Notes under the pieces: model-generated
Told to the model about the DNA's origin: nothing
What the model saw: the letters and a program-made list of their open reading frames with translations, nothing else
Database searches by the model: none
Part shown: one piece after another, positions 18,156 to 26,943 of the stretch
How the letters are laid out: the number at the start of each line of letters is the position of its first letter
Numbering within the stretch: the first letter of the stretch is position 1
Position numbers and translations under genes: made by a program
From: an uncultured Bacteroidales bacterium
GTDB lineage: Bacteria; Bacteroidota; Bacteroidia; Bacteroidales; F082
Direction of reading: 5' to 3'
DNA: 64,000 nucleotides
NCBI GenBank assembly: GCA_905236635.1
Contig: CAJOCJ010000005.1
Coordinates: 98,045-162,044, forward strand

Positions 18156-18524
18156 TTATTTTTTGAAAATAAAATATACGGCCAAAACCAAGAATCCGAA
18201 GCCCAACAGATGATTCCAGTGGAATTCGCCCATTTTGAAGACTTTAATGCTGATAATCATGAAAACGATGAGGCTGACGACCTCCTGAATAACCTTGAGT
18301 TCGACCAGACTGAAAGGGCCTCCGTGGACTGCCGAGCCGATTCTGTTTGCAGGAACCATGGCGGAATATTCCAACAAAGCCACGCCCCAGCTGGCTAAGA
18401 TGATGAGAATCAACGGCCAATCCTTAAGAACACCCATATCCGACAACTTCAGGTTACCGTACCATGCGAACGTCATGAAGATGTTCGAAACAATCAAAAG
18501 CAATACTGTGTAAACGCCTCTCAT
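18156..18524 (-). CDS. DMT-superfamily small membrane protein (DUF486-like)
   Basis: Four TM helices. I set the start at ATG 18524 (MRGVYTVLLL...) because a TATTTTTG box at 18542-18549 lies inside the longer ORF. Confidence 0.7.
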   Translation of the reverse strand: MRGVYTVLLLIVSNIFMTFAWYGNLKLSDMGVLKDWPLILIILASWGVALLEYSAMVPANRIGSAVHGGPFSLVELKVIQEVVSLIVFMIISIKVFKMGEFHWNHLLGFGFLVLAVYFIFKK

Positions 18525-18541
18525 TTTTAAAAAATTTGCCG

Positions 18542-18549
18542 CAAAAATA
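18542..18549 (-). promoter_or_regulatory. -7 box (TAnnTTTG)
   Basis: The reverse complement is TATTTTTG, 17 nt upstream of ATG 18524. Confidence 0.5.
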
Positions 18550-18566
18550 CAAAAAAAAACACAACC

Positions 18567-18600
18567 TACCACAGGGTACTGTGAGTATTTCGAGAATGGC
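18567..18600 (+). repeat. 34-nt intergenic repeat, copy 2
   Basis: TACCACAGGGTACTGTGAGTATTTCGAGAATGGC matches 9662-9695 at 32 of 34 positions. It sits in a divergent promoter region. Confidence 0.85.
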
Positions 18601-18631
18601 GTAAAAAATGCATTCTAATTGATTTTTTTAT

Positions 18632-18639
18632 TATCTTTG
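18632..18639 (+). promoter_or_regulatory. -7 box (TAnnTTTG)
   Basis: TATCTTTG lies 16 nt upstream of the gmhA ATG. Confidence 0.6.
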
Positions 18640-18655
18640 CAGAAAATTAGAAATT

Positions 18656-19231
18656 ATGATTTCGATAAAGAAAATCATCCAGGAGTCAATTGATGTCAAG
18701 AAATTGATTCTCAACGATAAAGAGCTCGTAAAACGCATTAACGATGCCGCTAAAATGTGTGTCAAATCGCTGAAAAAAGGCGGTAAGGTTCATTTCTGCG
18801 GAAATGGAGGCAGTGCTGCCGATGCACAACATTTGGCTGCCGAACTCAGCGGACGTTTCTACTACGATCGTCTACCACTCAATGCAGAGGCTTTGCACGT
18901 TAACACAAGCTATCTCACGGCTGTCGCCAACGACTATTCCTACGACATGATTTATGCCCGTATGATCCAGGCATCAGCCAAAAAAGGCGACGTCCTTGTC
19001 GGAATCAGCACCTCGGGAAACTCGGCTAACATATTGAATGCCATCGAAGAGGCAAAGAAGATGGGCGTGAAGACCATAGGTATGACAGGGGAGAAGGGTG
19101 GAAAGATGGCCGACTGCTGCGACATATTAATAAATGTGCCAAGCAGTTGTACACCGCGCATCCAGGAGGCCCATATCATGATTGGCCATATAATCTGCGA
19201 AATCATCGAAGCTACAATGTTTCCTAGATAA
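18656..19231 (+). CDS. gmhA: D-sedoheptulose-7-phosphate isomerase (SIS domain)
   Basis: 191 aa with GmhA-type motifs (CGNGGSAADAQHLAAEL, ISTSGNS). Confidence 0.88.
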   Translation: MISIKKIIQESIDVKKLILNDKELVKRINDAAKMCVKSLKKGGKVHFCGNGGSAADAQHLAAELSGRFYYDRLPLNAEALHVNTSYLTAVANDYSYDMIYARMIQASAKKGDVLVGISTSGNSANILNAIEEAKKMGVKTIGMTGEKGGKMADCCDILINVPSSCTPRIQEAHIMIGHIICEIIEATMFPR

Positions 19232-19233
19232 TC

Positions 19234-19773
19234 ATGGACTGGAGAGGCAAAATCGACAAATCTTGGACATTGTTTCTCGACAGAGACGGCGTGATCAACG
19301 TGCGCCTCATCGACGACTATGTCAAGAAAGTCGAAGAGTTTGAGTTTCTGCCAGGCGTGCTGGAGGCATTCAAGATCTTTGCCGAGAAGTTCGGAAGAAT
19401 CATCATCGTGACAAACCAACAAGGCGTAGGGAAGGGTCTCATGACCATGCACGACGTCGCTGAGGCGCACGCTTATATGCTAAAAGAGATAGAGAGTCAG
19501 AAGGGGAGAGTTGATAAGATTTATGTCTGCCCACAGCTTAAGTCCGACCCAGACAACTACCGTAAGCCAAGTCCACGCATGGCATTCATGGCCCAACACG
19601 ATTTCCCTGAGATAGACTTTGAGAAATCGGTGATGGTGGGCGATTCAAGCTCCGACATCGAATTCGGTAAAAATGCTGGCATGTACACCGTCCAGGTCGG
19701 CAACGAGCCAGTAAAATGCAAGCCGGACAGCCAGTTTGAGTCGCTCCTGAAGTTTGCTAAAGTATTAAAGTAA
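19234..19773 (+). CDS. gmhB: D,D-heptose 1,7-bisphosphate phosphatase (HAD-IIIA)
   Basis: 179 aa. HAD motifs LDRDGVIN, TNQ and GDS..D, with CxH..C-like context. Adjacent to gmhA. Confidence 0.82.
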   Translation: MDWRGKIDKSWTLFLDRDGVINVRLIDDYVKKVEEFEFLPGVLEAFKIFAEKFGRIIIVTNQQGVGKGLMTMHDVAEAHAYMLKEIESQKGRVDKIYVCPQLKSDPDNYRKPSPRMAFMAQHDFPEIDFEKSVMVGDSSSDIEFGKNAGMYTVQVGNEPVKCKPDSQFESLLKFAKVLK

Positions 19774-19776
19774 TCT

Positions 19777-21249
19777 ATGTCGTCACTAATATTAACGGTT
19801 TTTATTGTTTACACCTTGCTGATTCTGGTGATAGCGCATCTCACTTCCAGGAAGTCGGATAATGCCACGTTCTTCACTGGAAACCGCAAGTCGCCGTGGT
19901 TCGTGGTGGCATACGGCATGATCGGCGCCTCGCTGTCAGGAGTGACCTTCATGTCGGTCCCGGGCAACGTATATACCAGTCAGTTTACGTATTTTGGCAT
20001 AGTGCTTGGCTATATCATCGGCTACGCTGTGATAGCTCTCGTGCTGCTGCCGCTTTATTATAAGCTCAATCTTACATCGATATACTCGTACCTCGAGATG
20101 CGCTTCGGGCGTCGTTCCGAAAAGACGGGCGCGGCATTCTTCATCATCTCACGTCTGTTGGGCTCGGCGCTGCGTATGTATCTGGTGGTCTTTGTATTAT
20201 ATGAATTCGTGTTCAAAGCCTGGGGAATCCCGTTCTGGGTGCCTGCCGTGATATTTATTGCGCTGATTCTTGTCTATACCTTCAAAGGAGGCATCAAAAC
20301 GGTCGTGTGGACCGACACCTTGCAGACGACGTTTCTTATCCTGGCGGCAGTGATAACAGCAGTATGCATATTGAAAGAACTGAATATCTCGATTCCTGAT
20401 CTGCTCAAAGCATCCGGCGAACAAGGTTTGACCAAGATGTTTGAAACCGACCCAAACCATAGCAAATTCTGGCTGAAACAGATAATCTCGGGTGCCTTCA
20501 TCACCATTGTGATGACAGGTCTCGACCAGGACATGATGCAGAAAAACATGACATGCAAGAGTCTTCGCGACGCCCAGAAAAACGTGATAACTTCGAGCAT
20601 TCTGTTCATCTTCGTCAACATCATCTTTCTCTGCCTCGGCGCCTCTCTCATCTATTATGCGCAACAAACCGGTTTCCAACTACCGACCAACGAGAGTGGA
20701 GTAGTGGTCAACGACAAGATATTCCCGGCCATCGCATTCAATTTCAGCAAGTTCACTAGCGTGGTCTTCGTCATCGGCCTCGTCGCAGCAGGCTACTCCT
20801 CGGCCGATGGCACACTCACGGCGCTAACCACCACATTCTGCTATAACTTCCTTGATTTTGGCAGCAATACTAACATCTCGGAAGAGCAGAAACTCAAGAA
20901 AAGAAAACTCATACATATCATTTTTGCGGTCCTTTATCTGCTTGTAATCATAGCGTTCCGTCCGTTCCATAACCAATCATTAATTGATAAGGTGTTTGAA
21001 ATTGCGGGCTATACCTACGGACCGCTACTCGGACTTTATACCTTCGGACTTTTCATCAAGAACCGCAAGCCGGCCGATAGAATTGTGCCATATATCGCAA
21101 TAGCGTCGCCGGTTTTGAGTTATATATTAAACGTTTATTCAACACATCTGTTCAACGGATATAAGTTTGGATTTGAAATATTGATAATCAATGGGTTAAT
21201 AACATTTATGGCGTTATTGGCCACATCACATAAAAGCACAGAATCATGA
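19777..21249 (+). CDS. sodium:solute symporter family transporter
   Basis: 490 aa with about 13 TM helices and an SSF-type N-terminus (FFTGNRKSPWFVVAYGMIGASLSGVTFMSVPG). Confidence 0.85.
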   Translation: MSSLILTVFIVYTLLILVIAHLTSRKSDNATFFTGNRKSPWFVVAYGMIGASLSGVTFMSVPGNVYTSQFTYFGIVLGYIIGYAVIALVLLPLYYKLNLTSIYSYLEMRFGRRSEKTGAAFFIISRLLGSALRMYLVVFVLYEFVFKAWGIPFWVPAVIFIALILVYTFKGGIKTVVWTDTLQTTFLILAAVITAVCILKELNISIPDLLKASGEQGLTKMFETDPNHSKFWLKQIISGAFITIVMTGLDQDMMQKNMTCKSLRDAQKNVITSSILFIFVNIIFLCLGASLIYYAQQTGFQLPTNESGVVVNDKIFPAIAFNFSKFTSVVFVIGLVAAGYSSADGTLTALTTTFCYNFLDFGSNTNISEEQKLKKRKLIHIIFAVLYLLVIIAFRPFHNQSLIDKVFEIAGYTYGPLLGLYTFGLFIKNRKPADRIVPYIAIASPVLSYILNVYSTHLFNGYKFGFEILIINGLITFMALLATSHKSTES

Positions 21250-22334
21250 AAAAACTCTTATTAATAGCAGCATTATTTGCATCATTAAGTCTTGACGCTC
21301 AATTTGTTACGACATTAGCTAAAAACGCCAGCGAGTCGCAATCCGATGGCATTATGTATTATCTGCCGAAGAATGTGGTACGACTGGAATTTACCATTGA
21401 GGAAACCGAGTATTGCATAGGACCATATGCCGAATATTCCTCAAAACTTCTTGGCGTGAATGACTATATCAAAGAAAACAAATCTGAATTTAATATAAAA
21501 AGTGTTGATATTCAGACCGTTTCAGAGATTGACCCAAATGCTATGTATTTCATTTCGACGGACGATAAAGGGAAAGAGCCTATGCCGAATATTATCCTGG
21601 ATACTGACGGACTGATTCTTGCTTTAGGGTACGATAATCTGCCATCAAATTATATTGCACGTAACACATTCAACGACAGTGACTTAGAACAAACCGAAAG
21701 GGTAGAGGCGACTTTTGTTGAAATCCTCGACAATGAGGTGGAAATTGATGATGAGGATGAGGATGAAGATGAGGATGAAGATGGTGGTAATGGCAAAAGA
21801 GTAAAAGAAATCACTAAAGAAGACAGAGCAAAAGCGGCTTTGGAGAAGATTTCCAATATAAGGACAGCGTATTTTGAACTGATTTCCGGTGCTCAGGAAG
21901 TGGCTTTTGGCGCAACAACCAAATACATGGCCAAGACACTGCAAGAGCTTGAATATGAATATGTTAGCTTGTTTAAAGGCAAGGCTGTCAAGAATATATA
22001 TAAGAAGGTGATTTATATCACACCTGAGAAAAACCAATCGAATATTGCAGTATCTGTTGGCAAAGGCCAGAATGTGAAAGTGCAGTTTGATAGTCATAAT
22101 GCCTTGGGAAACATGAATCCGACCAACGACGATGTAAAGAACTCAGCTCAGGTTGGCAAATTGTTCTACAGAATGCCGGCAAATACCACAGTAAAAGTGC
22201 TGTCAGGGAATACAGTAATCGCCGAAAAAGCCTTAAATATAAGCCAGTTCGGCGATATCAGAGTTGTTACTGTCAAGGGTAACAAAGCCTTATTTAACCC
22301 GAATACAGGTCAAATAATCTCAATTACAAAGTAA
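21246..22334 (+). CDS. DUF4831-like secreted protein with an internal acidic tract
   Basis: Signal peptide MKKLLLIAALFASLSLDAQ. ATGA overlap with the symporter gene. Contains a DDEDEDEDEDEDGG tract. The family name is from memory. Confidence 0.7.
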   Translation: MKKLLLIAALFASLSLDAQFVTTLAKNASESQSDGIMYYLPKNVVRLEFTIEETEYCIGPYAEYSSKLLGVNDYIKENKSEFNIKSVDIQTVSEIDPNAMYFISTDDKGKEPMPNIILDTDGLILALGYDNLPSNYIARNTFNDSDLEQTERVEATFVEILDNEVEIDDEDEDEDEDEDGGNGKRVKEITKEDRAKAALEKISNIRTAYFELISGAQEVAFGATTKYMAKTLQELEYEYVSLFKGKAVKNIYKKVIYITPEKNQSNIAVSVGKGQNVKVQFDSHNALGNMNPTNDDVKNSAQVGKLFYRMPANTTVKVLSGNTVIAEKALNISQFGDIRVVTVKGNKALFNPNTGQIISITK

Positions 22335-22338
22335 AACT

Positions 22339-22719
22339 TTAGAACGGCAAGTCGTCACCGTTGTCTGAAGCGAAATAATCGTCATTCATCGGTGGCAATG
22401 GCTGCTGTGGCGGCATCTGGACGTTAGTCTGCTGTACAGGCTGTTCTGTGGGCTGCTCAGGTTCTAATCTGAACGCTCTGACATCTGTGTACCATTTGCC
22501 GTTGAATTCACGCGATTCTATGCTGATCTGAGCCTTGATAGTCTGACCGACAAAAAAGTTATTTGCATCTTTGACGCGTTCGTTCCAACAAAGAAGACAA
22601 ACTTTCTTAGGATATTGCTCGATAGTTTCAATAATCAATTCCTGTTTTGTCCATGGCCCACGCGGTGAACTTCCTTCAATCAATGTACCTAATTGTACAA
22701 CTTTTCCAACTATTTCCAT
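22339..22719 (-). CDS. DUF3127-like OB-fold protein with a P/Q-rich linker and an SSB-type acidic tip (DDLPF)
   Basis: 126 aa. The ordered N-terminal domain of about 85 aa is followed by PEQPTEQPVQQTNVQMPPQQPLPPMNDDYFASDNGDDLPF. Confidence 0.8.
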   Translation of the reverse strand: MEIVGKVVQLGTLIEGSSPRGPWTKQELIIETIEQYPKKVCLLCWNERVKDANNFFVGQTIKAQISIESREFNGKWYTDVRAFRLEPEQPTEQPVQQTNVQMPPQQPLPPMNDDYFASDNGDDLPF

Positions 22720-22747
22720 ATAATTTATTTTAAATATTTTCTACCTG

Positions 22748-22755
22748 CAAATATA
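22748..22755 (-). promoter_or_regulatory. -7 box (TAnnTTTG) with an upstream TTTG
   Basis: The reverse complement is TATATTTG, 28 nt upstream of ATG 22719. A TTTG element lies about 19 nt further upstream. Confidence 0.6.
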
Positions 22756-22904
22756 ATAAATTTCATCTTACAAAATCCATTTTTAACAAATTTTAACATA
22801 ACTTGCAGAATTATGAAAAATGTGTGAAAAAACAATTACAATTCGATTATTATTCAAAACCCCTTTTGTAAAATAATATACATTATGTTAAATAGAATCT
22901 TTGT

Positions 22905-22932
22905 AAAAAAGGTGGAGCTATTACACCCCACC
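22905..22932 (-). terminator. intrinsic terminator after the TPR gene
   Basis: On the minus strand, GGTGG-12 nt-CCACC is followed by TTTTTT, starting 9 nt after the stop codon. Confidence 0.7.
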
Positions 22933-22940
22933 AGTTTGTT

Positions 22941-24182
22941 TTATTCAAGTTCTTTTGCTTTATCCATCATCTTAAGACGTGCGTAGATACCTCTAAGAGC
23001 CTGTTTTACTGCAGGATCGTCTGGAATCAACTCGTAGGTCTTCTCGACATATGGCAATGCTCTCTCATCAAAACTTTTTGCTTCAGCTGCCATAGCGTCT
23101 GTTGCTGCTAGATATGCATTGAAATTTGAATATTCGCTTGGATCTTTGTCGTTGGCTTCCTGATAAATACCAGCAGCCTTGTCGATTAACAAAGCGCCTG
23201 CATTGTAATATGCGTCAGCATAATTAGCGTCTTCAGCGATGGCCATCTCATAATATGCAAGAGCTTTCTCGAGGTCATAGATCTCAGATTCTCTGTTGCC
23301 GTAGATTGTACCAAGGATGAAGTAATAAACCGGCTGTTCTGTGTATTTTTTTGCCATTGCCTCTATCTGGTCAACTATCTCTCCTTCCCTATGCAGTGTC
23401 AAATATGTGTTGATCATATCGTTGACAAGCTGAGGATCTTCAGGATATTTGATTCTTGCGACCTCAATCATCTCGACTGATTTGTCACCCTGACCGAGCT
23501 CTCTGTAAGCGTTGATAAGACCTGAATAGATACTTGGCTCGTCAAAGCCCTTTGCCAGCAATGCCTCGTAAGTGTCGGCTGCCACTTGGAAATTGCCAAC
23601 CTTTGATGCACATGTGGCAAGGTTGATCATAGCGGCGTCGTCAACTGCATCGATCTTCGCTGCTGCATCTGTTGCTTTTTGGAAATTGAGCATAGCATCT
23701 TCATAGTTTCCGTTGTTGAAGCTATCCACACCAAGCTGATAGTAAGCGTTGTCGATGCCTCTCACGTATGATGCCAGCTCCTGGCCGTTCTGATTGTAAT
23801 AGTTGCGGTCAACTTGTTTAAGTTTTTCAACGGCATCCAACACCTTTGTATATGCATCCGGGTCGAGGTCGTAGAACTCAGGATAAGCACCGATTTTGTA
23901 GTAAATAACAGCATAATAATGCCATGTCTTTCCCTGATTCATCGTTGACTCATGCTGTGCAGCTGCATCGATAGATGCTTTTGCCTTCTGCATCAATATC
24001 TTAGCGTTGCTCATCTGCTTTGCAGCCTTCTCCATTTTGTTAACAGCCTTGTAGTCGTCAGCTGCGTCGATAAGCTGCTGGGCTTGTCTCTGATAGTTGT
24101 TAGCGTCCTGACGTTTCATGTCCTGGGCTATAGCAAACTGGCCGAATAATGCCAATGCTAATAATAACAATACTTTCTTCAT
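22941..24182 (-). CDS. tetratricopeptide-repeat protein (secreted)
   Basis: 413 aa with a signal peptide and repeated A..YY..G....A...F TPR-like units. Confidence 0.8.
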   Translation of the reverse strand: MKKVLLLLALALFGQFAIAQDMKRQDANNYQRQAQQLIDAADDYKAVNKMEKAAKQMSNAKILMQKAKASIDAAAQHESTMNQGKTWHYYAVIYYKIGAYPEFYDLDPDAYTKVLDAVEKLKQVDRNYYNQNGQELASYVRGIDNAYYQLGVDSFNNGNYEDAMLNFQKATDAAAKIDAVDDAAMINLATCASKVGNFQVAADTYEALLAKGFDEPSIYSGLINAYRELGQGDKSVEMIEVARIKYPEDPQLVNDMINTYLTLHREGEIVDQIEAMAKKYTEQPVYYFILGTIYGNRESEIYDLEKALAYYEMAIAEDANYADAYYNAGALLIDKAAGIYQEANDKDPSEYSNFNAYLAATDAMAAEAKSFDERALPYVEKTYELIPDDPAVKQALRGIYARLKMMDKAKELE

Positions 24183-24202
24183 TTTTATAAAAATTTTAAA
24201 AG

Positions 24203-26755
24203 TTAAACTTCTTGTTTATTATCTGTATTAACGTCGCCGTTATCTTCATTATTGTCCGTATTCTCAATGTTCTCGGCATTCTCGTCGAATTCCTCGTCCT
24301 CTTCGATGTCTTCTGCCTTGACCTTTGTCACTGCAGCGATCTCGTCGTTGTCGCGGAGGTTGATGAGGCGTACACCTTGTGTTGCACGACCCATAACTCT
24401 CAGAGTATCAACGGCTATACGGATAAGGATACCAGACTTGTTGATGATCATGAGGTCGTCGCCGTCCACCACGTCCTTGATAGCCACCAGCTGGCCTGTC
24501 TTGTCGGTGATGTTCATGGTCTTGACGCCCTTGCCGCCTCTGTTGGTGATACGGTATTCTTCGAGGTCGGAACGTTTTCCGTAACCCTTCTCCGAAACCA
24601 CCAGCACGTTGGTCTGTGGATCATCGATACAAATCATGCCGACCACCTCGTCGTTCTCGTCATCCACTGTGATGGCGCGCACTCCTGATGCTGTTCTACC
24701 CATCGGACGCACTGTCTTCTCTGGGAATCTGATGGCCCTACCCGACTTCAGCGCGATCAAAATCTCGCTGTTGCCGCTGGTCATCTTAGCCTCTAAGAGT
24801 TCGTCGCCTTCGCGGATACCGAGAGCTATGATACCTGTAGCGCGAGGACGTGAGTAAGCCTCGAGCGTGGTCTTTTTGATGATACCCTTCTTCGTGATGA
24901 GTGTAAGATAATGATTCTCAACGAATTCAGGGCTCATATTTGTCAAGTTGATGTACGCCTTGACGTTGTCGTCCGGTTCGAGGTGGATAAGGTTCTGGAT
25001 AGCCCTACCCTTGCTTGCCTTGGTACCTTCAGGAATCTCAAACACGCGGAGCCAGTAGCATCTGCCCTTCTCGGTGAAGAACAACATGTAGTTGTGGTTC
25101 GTCGCTACGAAGATCTGTTCGATGAAGTCTTCGTCGCGGGCGTCGGAGCCTTTCGAGCCCTTGCCTCCCCTGCTCTGACGGCGGTATTCCGTGAGGTTGG
25201 TACGTTTAATATAATTAAGGTGTGAGATTGTCACAACCACTGCGTCGTCAGCGATGATATCCTCCATCTTGAAGTCTTCTGCTGTACGCTCAATTGTGCT
25301 CTTTCTCTCGTCGCCATATTTCTCTTTGACGTAAAGCAGCTCTTTCTTGATGATGTCGAACTGCATAGATGGATTTGCAAGAATCTCCTTGAGATGAGCG
25401 ATGAGTTTGTGAAGCTCGTCGAGTTCATCCATGATCTTCTTGATCTCAAGGCCTGCCAACTGACCTAAACGATAAGCCACGATTGCAGCTGCCTGTGGGT
25501 CGTCGAAACCGTACTGGTCCATCAAAGCCTGTTTGGCTTCTTGTGAACCACCCTTACAAGCCTTGATAGTGGCGATGATCTCGTCGATGATATCGATAGC
25601 GCGTGCAAGACCTTCCAAGATATGGGCGCGTTTCTCGGCTTCACGCAAGTCGTGTTGCGTTCTGCGTACTACACACTGATGACGGTGCTCCACATAGTAC
25701 TGAATCAATTGTTTGAGATTCAATGTGTGTGGACGACCATTCACCAAGCATACGTTGTTGACGCTGAACGAGCTCTGCAAGCCTGTCATCTGAAACAACT
25801 TGTTCAGCACCACGCTTGACACAGCATCACGCTTCAGGTCATAGACGATACGCAGACCGTTACGGTCGGATTCGTCACGGATATCGGCGATGCCATCGAG
25901 TTTCTTCTCAGAGATAAGGTCGGCAGTACGCTTGATCATGTCGGCCTTGTTGGTGAGGTAAGGCACCGATGTGGCGATGATACGCTCGTGGCCGTTATGT
26001 TCCTCAATAGTGGTATTTGCACGCAATACGATACGTCCACGGCCAGTCTCGAAAGCATCTTTCACGCCCTCGTAGCCGTAGATGATACCACCTGTCGGGA
26101 AATCAGGAGCCTTGATGTATTCCATCAGCTCGCTGATAGTAATGTCGTTATTGTCGATATAAGCTATGATTCCGTCGACCACCTCGCTGAGGTTGTGAGG
26201 CGGCATATTGGTAGCCATACCCACTGCGATACCACTTGCTCCGTTCACCAGGAGGTTCGGGATGAGTGACGGCAGCACTGTAGGCTCCTGCTCTGAATCA
26301 TCGTAGTTGTTCATAAAATCGACAGTATCCTTGTCGAGGTCGGCAAGCATCTCTTCTGCTATCTTACGCAGACGAGCCTCGGTGTAACGCATAGCCGCCG
26401 GTGGGTCAGCATCCATGGAGCCGAAGTTACCCTGACCGTCGATGAGAGGATAACGCATGCTCCAGTCCTGAGCCAGACGCACCATGGCGTCGTACACTGA
26501 CGAGTCACCATGAGGGTGATACTTTCCTAAAACTTCACCGACGACCTTCGCTGACTTCTTGTACGGGCGGTTCGAGAGAACACCCATGTCCATCATTCCG
26601 TAAAGGATACGGCGGTGTACAGGTTTCAATCCGTCCCTGACATCAGGCAAAGCACGTGCTACGATAACGGACATCGAGTAGTCGATGTAACTCGTTTTCA
26701 TGTGGTCCTCAATGCCAATCGGAACTATTCTTTCGCCTTCAAACTGTTCTTCCAT
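24203..26755 (-). CDS. gyrA: DNA gyrase subunit A
   Basis: 850 aa. [17 protein letters not shown], the catalytic AAMRYTE motif, C-terminal beta-pinwheel repeats and an acidic tail. Confidence 0.97.
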   Translation of the reverse strand: MEEQFEGERIVPIGIEDHMKTSYIDYSMSVIVARALPDVRDGLKPVHRRILYGMMDMGVLSNRPYKKSAKVVGEVLGKYHPHGDSSVYDAMVRLAQDWSMRYPLIDGQGNFGSMDADPPAAMRYTEARLRKIAEEMLADLDKDTVDFMNNYDDSEQEPTVLPSLIPNLLVNGASGIAVGMATNMPPHNLSEVVDGIIAYIDNNDITISELMEYIKAPDFPTGGIIYGYEGVKDAFETGRGRIVLRANTTIEEHNGHERIIATSVPYLTNKADMIKRTADLISEKKLDGIADIRDESDRNGLRIVYDLKRDAVSSVVLNKLFQMTGLQSSFSVNNVCLVNGRPHTLNLKQLIQYYVEHRHQCVVRRTQHDLREAEKRAHILEGLARAIDIIDEIIATIKACKGGSQEAKQALMDQYGFDDPQAAAIVAYRLGQLAGLEIKKIMDELDELHKLIAHLKEILANPSMQFDIIKKELLYVKEKYGDERKSTIERTAEDFKMEDIIADDAVVVTISHLNYIKRTNLTEYRRQSRGGKGSKGSDARDEDFIEQIFVATNHNYMLFFTEKGRCYWLRVFEIPEGTKASKGRAIQNLIHLEPDDNVKAYINLTNMSPEFVENHYLTLITKKGIIKKTTLEAYSRPRATGIIALGIREGDELLEAKMTSGNSEILIALKSGRAIRFPEKTVRPMGRTASGVRAITVDDENDEVVGMICIDDPQTNVLVVSEKGYGKRSDLEEYRITNRGGKGVKTMNITDKTGQLVAIKDVVDGDDLMIINKSGILIRIAVDTLRVMGRATQGVRLINLRDNDEIAAVTKVKAEDIEEDEEFDENAENIENTDNNEDNGDVNTDNKQEV

Positions 26756-26797
26756 TTATCTTTCCTTTAATTTTTATAAATCCTTAAAAATAGTTTA

Positions 26798-26805
26798 CAA
26801 AAATA
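26798..26805 (-). promoter_or_regulatory. -7 box (TAnnTTTG)
   Basis: The reverse complement is TATTTTTG, 42 nt upstream of the gyrA ATG. Confidence 0.55.
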
Positions 26806-26915
26806 CGGATTTTTTTTGTACGAAAAACAAAATTCTTCATTATTTTTAAACATTTATTTAACAATATTTTAACAAAAATCATGCCAAAAAAGACGCACGA
26901 ACGGAATTTTATTTG

Positions 26916-26923
26916 TATTTTTG
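26916..26923 (+). promoter_or_regulatory. -7 box (TAnnTTTG)
   Basis: TATTTTTG lies 20 nt upstream of the clpC ATG. Confidence 0.6.
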
Positions 26924-26943
26924 CAGTTTGAAATTAAATTAAT

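Noticed and set aside
21747-21788. A GAT/GAG/GAA triplet tract considered as a possible phase-variable simple-sequence repeat.
   Set aside because: The codon-level repeat is imperfect and encodes an acidic linker (DDEDEDEDEDEDGG). Length changes in units of three would not switch the frame.
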